Of a DNA stretch of 64,000 bases, positions 54,316-62,048 are shown piece after piece (within the stretch, counting starts at the first letter, position 1; every line of letters starts with the position of its first letter). The stretch is taken from NCBI GenBank assembly GCA_965242525.1, contig OZ251459.1:2537037-2601036 (forward strand). The letters run 5' to 3'. This DNA is from an uncultured Candidatus Binatia bacterium. Its GTDB lineage: Bacteria > Desulfobacterota > Binatia > UBA9968 > JAJDTQ01. The notes beneath the pieces are model-generated. The model was not told the origin of the DNA. It saw only the letters and a list, made by a program, of their open reading frames with translations, and ran no database searches. Both the position numbers and the translations under genes were made by a program.

Positions 54316-56812
54316 CGGCGTGTTCGAAGAACGGTTGCAGTCATGCGGCTCCCCGATTCGGGGCATGGCGGGCTGGATAGCTCTCGCCTCGTTCGTGGCA
54401 ATGCTTTCCGCGTGCGGCGGCGGGACGTCGCCCGTTTCGACGCCGTCCTCGCCACAACCGCCATCGTCGGAGCCGACACCGGCGCCCCCGCGCGCGCCCA
54501 CGTCGGCCCGGGCGGCGGACGCCACGGTGCGCGCGTTCGCTTCGGAGGTCCGCTATACCTCCCCTGCGGGCCATCCCCGGCCGGCGACCACCATCTACAG
54601 GGCCGAAACCCTGGAGCCTGCGACGAACCCCCGGACCGCCGGTTCCTGGGAGACCGGCGAATACAAGGCATCCACCGGGCTGCCGCTGATCCGCGCCAGC
54701 ACGGGATACGCGGCGCGCACCACCGGGCAGCCGGGCGGCGGAGGCAGGACCATAGCCATCGTCGATACGAAGATCCCCGTGGACGACGGCGAGTCCGTCG
54801 GCCATCCCGATTTGCAGGGCGTGAAGTCGGTGGACGTCTCGGGGCAGGTAGTCAACATCGACCACGGAACACGCGTCGCCGGAATCGCCGCGGCTCGGCG
54901 CAACGGGTGGGGGGTGCACGGAGTCGCCTACAACGCGAACATCGTCGGCCTGAGCTCCGGGGACGAAACGAGGAGGGACTTCGAGGCGATCATGGCGTCC
55001 ATCGCCGGCCTGACCGGGAGTTACGGCGCCGGCGACCGGAAATGGGACTCCAGGCCGGAGGCGAGCGCCCACGTCGGGAACTTCAGCCTCGGCCTGAGGC
55101 GTCCCGAGCACGACCTCGATCCGGTCAGGAGGGGGATGCGGCTCATGGCCCGGGAGGGCCGCGTGATGGTCGCGGCCGCGGGGAACGACGGCGAGGTCGA
55201 TCCGTCCACCTATCCCGCCATCGGAGTGGCGGACGAGGGCGTCGCAGGGTGGGCCATGGCGGTGGGCGCGCTGGACGCGACGGGCGAGGCCGCGGCGTCG
55301 TGGAGCAACCGGTGCGGCAGGGTCAAGAGGTGGTGCCTGTTCGCGCCGGGGACGGACATCAACTCTACCCAAGGCGCCTACCATGACACGTCCCGGGATC
55401 ATGGCCCCAGCGAGGGCACGTCCTTGGCCGCGCCGCACGTGGCCGGGGCCGTGGCCGCGGTCTGGGGCGCGTTTCCGAACAAGACCGGCACGCAGATCGT
55501 CGATCGCATCCTGAGCACCGCCCGGCAGGTGGACACCGCGAACGGCGCTTACGACGCCGACGGCCTTTCCGCCATCTACGGCCACGGCGCCCTCGACCTC
55601 GGCGCGGCGATGAACCCGGTGGGCTTCACCAGCCTGGCGGTGGGCGGCTCCGGGACGGTCCCGGTGCGGCGGAGCTTCGTCTCCCTGCCGCCGGGCTTCC
55701 GGCACCGCCCCACCGCGGCGCTGCGGGACGCCATCGTCTATGACACCCAGATGTTCCCGTTCCTGCACGACCTGAACGGCGCGGTTCGAGCGCACCGGCA
55801 GCGTTCGGCCGCGAGCGCGGTGGACGATTTCCTGTCCCTGCGGCGCTACGTCCGGTGGGCGTCGCGTCCGGGCCGCCGGACCCGGTTGGAGTTGGCAGGG
55901 CCGCAACGGGACCGCACCGGCCGGGAGCCGTGGGACGAGGTACGCGGCCCGCAGTTTCGCGTGGCGGCAACGCCGGCCCTGTCGTTCCGGTTCGGTCCGA
56001 GCTTCGGAGTCCGGGGGGTATCGAACGACTTCGTGGCCCGGCGCCTGGGGCGGGGCTTGTTCGGGGAGGGGTTCGTGGTGGGGCCGTTCACGGAGTTGGT
56101 GGGGAAAGGCGCGGCGCTGGGGGTGGACTGGCGTGGGGACGAGCGCACGCGGCTGGACTTGGTGGGGAAGACGGGGTCGGGTTATTTCGGGGACGGTCGG
56201 GCGTGGCTGGCTTCGTTCGGGGTGACCCGGGGGTTGGGGTCCGGCCTGAGTCTGGGGGCGCGCTACGGGGCGTTGCGGGAGCGGGGTTCGCTGCTGGGCA
56301 TCCGGGGGAGCGGTGCGTTCGGTGGGGCTTCGGGTGGGCGCACGGACTTCGTGGACCTGGGGGTGGAGTGGCAGGTCGCATCCGGCCCGGTGTTTTTCGG
56401 CAGCGTCGGTCGTGGGTTGACGAAGGGCGAAGCGGGCGGCCCCGGGTCGCTGATAACGGGGTGGAGGGGAGGCCGTGGGGAGTCGTTCGCGCTGGGAGGC
56501 GAGTGGACGGACGTGTGGCGTGATGCGGACCGTCTGACCCTGTCGGCGTCTTCGCCGTTGCGCCCGCGGGGAGCGGGGATGTACGTGGAGGTGCCGGACC
56601 GGGAGTTGGGGGACGGAGTGGTGGGATACACGCGGCATTGGGTGGACCTGTCGCCTCGGGGTCGGGAATTGCGGTTGCAACTGGTGTACGAGACGGACAT
56701 GGCCCCGGGTGCGGCGTTGACCCTGGGGAGCTTCCTGCGGCTGCACCCGGACCACGACCCGATGGCGGCGTCGGAATACGGCGCGGCCGCCAGACTGCGG
56801 GTGGATTTCTGA
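54316..56812 (+). repeat. Segmental repeat unit 3 (shorter 5' homology; 3' homology ends at the stop codon)
   Basis: Homology to units 1 and 2 starts at cggcgtgttcgaagaacggttgcag. Confidence 0.8.
54365..56812 (+). CDS. S8 serine protease lipoprotein autotransporter, paralogue 3
   Basis: MAGWIALASFVAMLSAC|GGG, IAIVDT, IDHGTRVAG, EGTSLAAPHVAG, ...RLRVDF. The track's TTG 54287 start lies outside the duplicated block. An in-frame GTG at 54320 is an alternative start. Confidence 0.8.
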   Translation: MAGWIALASFVAMLSACGGGTSPVSTPSSPQPPSSEPTPAPPRAPTSARAADATVRAFASEVRYTSPAGHPRPATTIYRAETLEPATNPRTAGSWETGEYKASTGLPLIRASTGYAARTTGQPGGGGRTIAIVDTKIPVDDGESVGHPDLQGVKSVDVSGQVVNIDHGTRVAGIAAARRNGWGVHGVAYNANIVGLSSGDETRRDFEAIMASIAGLTGSYGAGDRKWDSRPEASAHVGNFSLGLRRPEHDLDPVRRGMRLMAREGRVMVAAAGNDGEVDPSTYPAIGVADEGVAGWAMAVGALDATGEAAASWSNRCGRVKRWCLFAPGTDINSTQGAYHDTSRDHGPSEGTSLAAPHVAGAVAAVWGAFPNKTGTQIVDRILSTARQVDTANGAYDADGLSAIYGHGALDLGAAMNPVGFTSLAVGGSGTVPVRRSFVSLPPGFRHRPTAALRDAIVYDTQMFPFLHDLNGAVRAHRQRSAASAVDDFLSLRRYVRWASRPGRRTRLELAGPQRDRTGREPWDEVRGPQFRVAATPALSFRFGPSFGVRGVSNDFVARRLGRGLFGEGFVVGPFTELVGKGAALGVDWRGDERTRLDLVGKTGSGYFGDGRAWLASFGVTRGLGSGLSLGARYGALRERGSLLGIRGSGAFGGASGGRTDFVDLGVEWQVASGPVFFGSVGRGLTKGEAGGPGSLITGWRGGRGESFALGGEWTDVWRDADRLTLSASSPLRPRGAGMYVEVPDRELGDGVVGYTRHWVDLSPRGRELRLQLVYETDMAPGAALTLGSFLRLHPDHDPMAASEYGAAARLRVDF

Positions 56813-56817
56813 GAGCC

Positions 56818-56991
56818 GGAACCTCTGAACAATCGGGACATCCGGGATGGCTTCCCGATGCCCTCCCCCTGACGCCCCTATCCCCGTTCGTCCTGAGCGT
56901 AGCGAAGCGGAGACCTCCGTTCATCCTGAGCGTAGCGAAGCGAAGTCGAAGGACGCGCTCATGCCCCCTGTCCCGATTGTTCAGAGGTTCC
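56818..56991 (+). repeat. MITE-like element (174 bp) with perfect 23-bp terminal inverted repeats
   Basis: GGAACCTCTGAACAATCGGGACA (56818-56840) and TGTCCCGATTGTTCAGAGGTTCC (56969-56991). The interior has two tandem gtcctgagcgtagcgaagcg units. It begins 6 nt after the paralogue-3 stop. Confidence 0.85.
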
Positions 56992-57149
56992 AGCCGTGTG
57001 TCGGGAGGTCCCGAAGTGACCTGCCCGGTGGTAGATGGTATGGTATAGCCATGCCTTCAGCCCTGCGACCCCTGCGGCTCTTCGCCCGATCCCTTCAGCG
57101 ACGGATCCCGTGAGGGTACGGTCGTGGCGCGCGGACAGGAGATGCAATC

Positions 57150-60100
57150 GTGCGGACCGTAAAGCAGGCTTGCAGACCCCGGCCAAGCGTCTTCGATCCC
57201 ACGCGCCGCGACACGGTGCTCGACCTGACGGACCTGGTGGACGGCCGCATCGACCCGGCCGGATTCTTTGCCGAGAACCACGTCACGGAGGGTATGAGGA
57301 CCCTGCTCACCGAGGGGTTCCGGCGTCTGGAAGGGAAGTCGGCGCAAGGGGTTTTCAAGCTGACCCAGGCCATGGGCGGCGGCAAGACCCACAACCTCCT
57401 GGCGCTTGGGCTCCTGGCAGGGCATCCCGACTTCCGGGCCGAGGTCATGGGCGGTTTCTACACCCCGGACCCTGAACTCGGGCCGGTGCGCGTGGTGGCC
57501 TTTTCCGGGCGCGAGAGCGACGCGCCGCTCGGCATCTGGGGCGCCATCGCGGAGCAGCTCGGCAGGAAGGAGCAGTTCGCCGACTACTACGCGCCTCTGG
57601 CCGCCCCGGGCCAGACCGCCTGGGTGAAGCTGCTCGAGGGCGAGCCGCTCGTCATCATGCTGGACGAGTTGCCGCCCTATTTCCTCAACGCGGCATCCAG
57701 GAGCATCGGCAACTCGGACCTGTCCGCGGTCACCACCACCGCGCTGTCGAACCTCCTGGTCGCGGTCGGACGGGACGAACTGCGCAACGTCTGCCTGGTG
57801 ATCTCCGACCTCAAGGCGACGTACGGCGCGGGGGCCGCGCAGATCGTCGCGGCGCTGGAAGACCTGGAGGCCGAGACCGGCCGCACCGCCATGAACCTGG
57901 AGCCCGTCCGCATGAACACGGACGAGTTCTACCACATCCTCCGCAAGCGCATCTTCGAGGCGCTGCCGGACGAGGCGGAGGTCCATGAGGTGGCGCAGGG
58001 CTACGCCAAGGCGGTGCGCGAAGCGAAGCAGATGGACGTGACGAACGCCTCGCCCGAGCGGTTCGCCGCGCAGGTCGCCGAGTCGTACCCCTTCCATCCG
58101 GCCATCCGCGACCTCTATGGCCGCTTTCGGGAGAACCAGGGTTTCCAGCAGACCCGCGGGCTGATTCGCCTGATGCGGATCGTCGTGTCGCGGATCTGGG
58201 ATACCGGCCATGACCCCCACCTCGTCGCCGCCCACGACGTGGACCTGGAGAGCCGCGAGACCCTCACCGAGATCAACCAGATCAACCCGACCCTCGAGAA
58301 CGCCATCGCCCACGACATCGCGTCGGGCGGCGCCGCCGTGGCCGAGACCATCGACGCCAACCTGGGAGGCGGCGAGGACGCCCGGGACGTCATGCGGCTG
58401 CTCCTGGTCGCTTCGCTGGCGAACGTCCCGAACGCCGTCAAGGGGCTCGCCGTCCCCGAGATCGTCGCCAACCTGTGCGCGCCCGGGCGAGACCTCTCCA
58501 AGCTCCAGAACGAGGTGGTCGCGCGCCTCGCGACCGCGGCCTGGTACCTGCACACGACCAACGACGGGCGTCTGCACCTGCGCAACGTGCAGAACCTCAT
58601 CGCCCGCGTGACCACCACCGCGGGCGCCTACCTCCGCGACCAGGCCACGAAGGAGCTCAAGGAACGGCTGACGGAGATCTTCGATCCGGTCGAGGCCTCC
58701 TGCTACCAGCGCCTGCAACCGCTCCCGGCCGTGGACGAGATCGACGTCCAGCCCGACCGGGTGACGCTGGTGGTGACCGAGCCGCATCCGGCGGGCCTGC
58801 ACCCGGACCTTGCCATCCTGTACGATCAACTCACCTACCGGAACCGCATCTGTTTCCTGACCGGGCAGCGGGCCTTCGGCTCACTGCTGGAACGCGCGCG
58901 GGAGTTGAAGGCCATCAACCAGATCATCGGCGAGATGCAGGAGGAAGGCGTGGCCGATGGCGACCCGCAGATGCAACAAGCTCGGGACCAGCTTATGCCG
59001 CGCTTCCTCGCCCAGTTCCACAGCGCCGTCCGGGAAACTTTCACCACGCTATACTACCCCACCAAGGACCGGCTGGCGAAGGTGGACTTTCTCATGGAGT
59101 TCAAGGAGAACCGCTACGATGGCGAAGAACAGGTGAGGGAGGCGCTCGCGGACCGGCAGAAGTACACCACGGACGTCGCGAGCGAGAACTTTCGCAAGAA
59201 GCTGGAAGCCCGGCTGTTCACCCAGAAGTCCATGTTGTGGACGGAGGTCGTGCGCCGGGCCGCGGCCAACCCCGTGTGGCAGTGGCACCATCCCGACGCC
59301 CTCGACCGGATGAAGCAGGACTGCCTGCACAAGGACCTCTGGCGGGAGGAGGGGAGCTACGTCGACAAGGGACCCTTCCCAAAGCCCACGACCAGCGTGC
59401 GCATCCGGGAGCTGTCCCGCGACGAGGACACCGGAGCGGTGAAGCTGCGGCTCGCTCCCGCCAACGCCGACCGGCTCCATGCAGAGTTCGGCGGCGCGGC
59501 GACCCGGGCTTCGATGGCGGTGGAGGGAGCGGATTTCGAGACCGCGGAGCTTCGCGTTTCCTTCCTCGCAGTGGACTCCGGGGGCGAGCATGACACCGGG
59601 GAGCCAGTGGAGTGGTCGAACCGTATCACATTGAAGTCGCGCGAGTACCCGGACGGCGACCGACGTATGGTCGAGCTCCGCTCGGCTCCGGAAGCGCCCA
59701 TCCGCTACACCACGGACGGCTCCGACCCGAAGGTCAACGGCGGCGCCTATGAAGGGCCGTTCGCGGCGCCGGAGGGCGTCCGCCTGGTGCTCGCGGTCGC
59801 AGAAAAGGATGGAATCGCTTCCGAGGTCCACCGGCGCGACATAGCCGACAGACAGGAGGCCAAGCCCATCGACAAGAGCCGTCCCGCGGTGTGGCGTCCG
59901 TCCGGAGGGTTCTCGTTCCAGGCCACCCGCAGCGCCTACGGCTTCATCAACCGGTTGAAGAAGCACGAAGCCTCCGCGGGCGGACTGCGCTTCGCGGCCC
60001 AGGCCGGCGGGACTTGGGGCGAGGTCATCCTCTCCGACGACGTGGAGTTGGGCGGCGACCGGGTAGAGCAGACGGTCGAGCAACTCAGGGGGCTCGTGCC

Positions 60101-60215
60101 CGACGGCGAAGTCTCCGTCGAGGCGAAGCTCGTGCGCTACGACACGGGCCAGCGTTTCCTGGACTGGGTGGCGGAGACCCGGGCGGAATACGACCGCGAC
60201 GACGTGGAGCCTTGA
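57150..60215 (+). CDS. DUF499-type (BrxC/PglY-like) ATPase, anti-phage-associated
   Basis: 1021 aa. N-terminal ...FFAENHVTEGMRTLL...FKLTQAMGGGKTHNLLALGLL (Walker A) and LVIMLDELPPY (Walker B). GTG start 8 nt after AGGAG. Confidence 0.8.
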   Translation: MRTVKQACRPRPSVFDPTRRDTVLDLTDLVDGRIDPAGFFAENHVTEGMRTLLTEGFRRLEGKSAQGVFKLTQAMGGGKTHNLLALGLLAGHPDFRAEVMGGFYTPDPELGPVRVVAFSGRESDAPLGIWGAIAEQLGRKEQFADYYAPLAAPGQTAWVKLLEGEPLVIMLDELPPYFLNAASRSIGNSDLSAVTTTALSNLLVAVGRDELRNVCLVISDLKATYGAGAAQIVAALEDLEAETGRTAMNLEPVRMNTDEFYHILRKRIFEALPDEAEVHEVAQGYAKAVREAKQMDVTNASPERFAAQVAESYPFHPAIRDLYGRFRENQGFQQTRGLIRLMRIVVSRIWDTGHDPHLVAAHDVDLESRETLTEINQINPTLENAIAHDIASGGAAVAETIDANLGGGEDARDVMRLLLVASLANVPNAVKGLAVPEIVANLCAPGRDLSKLQNEVVARLATAAWYLHTTNDGRLHLRNVQNLIARVTTTAGAYLRDQATKELKERLTEIFDPVEASCYQRLQPLPAVDEIDVQPDRVTLVVTEPHPAGLHPDLAILYDQLTYRNRICFLTGQRAFGSLLERARELKAINQIIGEMQEEGVADGDPQMQQARDQLMPRFLAQFHSAVRETFTTLYYPTKDRLAKVDFLMEFKENRYDGEEQVREALADRQKYTTDVASENFRKKLEARLFTQKSMLWTEVVRRAAANPVWQWHHPDALDRMKQDCLHKDLWREEGSYVDKGPFPKPTTSVRIRELSRDEDTGAVKLRLAPANADRLHAEFGGAATRASMAVEGADFETAELRVSFLAVDSGGEHDTGEPVEWSNRITLKSREYPDGDRRMVELRSAPEAPIRYTTDGSDPKVNGGAYEGPFAAPEGVRLVLAVAEKDGIASEVHRRDIADRQEAKPIDKSRPAVWRPSGGFSFQATRSAYGFINRLKKHEASAGGLRFAAQAGGTWGEVILSDDVELGGDRVEQTVEQLRGLVPDGEVSVEAKLVRYDTGQRFLDWVAETRAEYDRDDVEP

Positions 60216-60217
60216 GC

Positions 60218-60883
60218 GTGGAAACCCGTTCCAAGCCGCTGGGGTTCGGTTTCCGGCCCGAAGAGTCGGAGCACCACTTCGTGGTGACCGTGCCTTCGAG
60301 GAGCCGTGAAGACGTCCTCGTCGCCGAGTACCTGCGCTTCGACCCGGCGACGGGCTACGGGCCTCCCTCGCTCGGAGTCGGCCCCCATGATTCCAGGCTA
60401 CGGGCCGCGCTGCCGCGCGCCAAGTGGGACGCCATCGCCGACGAGGCGCGCGTCGAGTTCAACCGCCGGCTCAAGAAGCAGGGCCTGCCGCCGGGACGCT
60501 GGAAGCGGGGCGACACCCCGGTCGCCCGCCTGCTGGGCAAGGAGCTGACGCTCCTCGCCTGGGCGGTGGAAGACGCCGACCCGGCGCTCATCCCCCCCGC
60601 GCTCAAGAACTGGCTGGGGCTCGCGCCCGAAGAACGGTGGTGGCTGTTCACCATGACCAACGCCGCCACCGGCCACGCCCTGCACGGCAGGAACAAGGGC
60701 TGGCGCAAGGCGGTGCGTTTCGCCCTCACCGAGAACCCGGTGACCGGCGACCGCCAGGAGCGCCAGAGCGACATCTTCCGGCTGGTGGCCGCGGAGGAGC
60801 GTTCGGACCCCCCGCGCCGGGACCGGAGCCGGGAGGACGCCGCGCCGCGCAGGGCGGTTGCGGCGGGCCGCGGCGGGGCGTGA
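60218..60883 (+). CDS. DUF3780-like protein (assignment by context and recollection)
   Basis: GTG start 2 nt after the DUF499 stop. 221 aa beginning ...KPLGFGFRPEESEHHFVVTVP.... The position immediately after a DUF499 gene and before DUF1156 matches the known three-gene association. Confidence 0.5.
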   Translation: METRSKPLGFGFRPEESEHHFVVTVPSRSREDVLVAEYLRFDPATGYGPPSLGVGPHDSRLRAALPRAKWDAIADEARVEFNRRLKKQGLPPGRWKRGDTPVARLLGKELTLLAWAVEDADPALIPPALKNWLGLAPEERWWLFTMTNAATGHALHGRNKGWRKAVRFALTENPVTGDRQERQSDIFRLVAAEERSDPPRRDRSREDAAPRRAVAAGRGGA

Positions 60884-60929
60884 GGCGCCCGATGCCAAGC
60901 AGCGCGGAGATGCGTTCCTTCGAGGCAGC

Positions 60930-60958
60930 TTGAAGCATTGCCGTCAATCTGCAATCAT
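60930..60958 (+). promoter_or_regulatory. Possible internal promoter for the embedded toxin-antitoxin pair
   Basis: TTGAAG (60930-60935), a 17-nt spacer, then AATCAT (60953-60958). CAGGAG Shine-Dalgarno before ATG 60988. Confidence 0.25.
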
Positions 60959-60987
60959 AACGCTCTCCATTCGCAGGAGTTCAGGCC

Positions 60988-61224
60988 ATGGCCAACGTAA
61001 CCGTACGCAACATCGACGACGACGTGATCGCCTCCCTCAAGGCGCAAGCAAAGGCGCACCACCGGTCCCTGGAGGGCGAGATCCGTCATCTCCTGGCAAC
61101 GCACGTTTCGCGGCGAACGCGGATGGCAGGCTTCCGCGACCGCACGGCGCACCTCAGCGCCCAAACCGAAGACCGCCCTCAAACCGATAGCGTCGTTCTC
61201 CTGCGCGAGGACCGGGATCGTTGA
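60988..61224 (+). CDS. Ribbon-helix-helix antitoxin (FitA/VapB-like)
   Basis: MANVTVRNIDDDVIASLKAQAKAHHRSLEGEIRHLL is the typical Arc/FitA-type RHH N-terminus. Its stop overlaps the TTG start of the PIN gene (TTGA). Confidence 0.8.
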   Translation: MANVTVRNIDDDVIASLKAQAKAHHRSLEGEIRHLLATHVSRRTRMAGFRDRTAHLSAQTEDRPQTDSVVLLREDRDR

Positions 61225-62048
61225 AGCTGATCGTTGACGCCAGCATCGCGGTCAAGTGGTTCTTCACGGAATCCCATACGGCCGAGGCCCGACGGCTTCT
61301 GGCGCACCGCATCGTCTTGCATGCCCCCAGCCTCATACTCACGGAGGCGGCCAACGTGATATGGAAGAAGGCGCGGCGCAAGGAAATACCGGACGCGCAG
61401 CCCTACCTTGCCGAGCTTGTCGCTCTTTCGGACGTGGTGACACTGCGTCCGTCCGCGGACCTCATCGTGCCGGCAATGACCATTGCCCTGGCGCTCGACC
61501 ACCCCATCTACGACTGTCTCTATCTCGCGTGCGCCGAAGCCGAAGGCGTGCCGCTCGTTACCGCGGACAAGAAGCTGCGAGAGGCTGCCGCACGCAACTC
61601 CGTGGATGTCTGGTACATCGGTGACGAAGACGCCAACCAGCGCATTGACGCCGCGGCCAACGGCTTGGTCATTCCGGAAGACAAACTCCGAGAGCTGATC
61701 GCAGCCTACGCAAACTTCCGTGACACCGCGGATTCCGTGATAGAAACCGTTCCCCTCCGTGGCCGACGGGTCAGGATATTGAGCAAGGAAGACCGGGACC
61801 GCTACCTCGACACTCCCGCTTATCGCCGCCTGGTCAATCTCCTCACGGAACTCTCTTACGACGAACGCATCGACCTGATGGCCCTCGGGTGGCTGGGTCG
61901 GGGGTCCGGTTCCTGGGCTTCGTTGCTTGAACATGCCTACAAATCGGGAATAAACGATACATACACGAAGCATGTCCACTACGAAGCGGGTCTCGGCTTC
62001 TACTGGCAGAAGGGGATCGACCGGCTACGCAAGGCGCAACCAGCGTGA
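61221..62048 (+). CDS. PIN-domain (VapC-like) toxin fused to a C-terminal DUF3775-like domain
   Basis: The N-terminus LIVDASIAVKWF......YDCLYLACAEAEGVPLVTADKKL has the PIN acidic residues. The C-terminus ...LSYDERIDLMALGWLGRGSGSW...HYEAGLGFYWQKGIDRL resembles the DUF3775 consensus (...LVALMWLGRGD...YLEEGL). Confidence 0.7.
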   Translation: MKLIVDASIAVKWFFTESHTAEARRLLAHRIVLHAPSLILTEAANVIWKKARRKEIPDAQPYLAELVALSDVVTLRPSADLIVPAMTIALALDHPIYDCLYLACAEAEGVPLVTADKKLREAAARNSVDVWYIGDEDANQRIDAAANGLVIPEDKLRELIAAYANFRDTADSVIETVPLRGRRVRILSKEDRDRYLDTPAYRRLVNLLTELSYDERIDLMALGWLGRGSGSWASLLEHAYKSGINDTYTKHVHYEAGLGFYWQKGIDRLRKAQPA

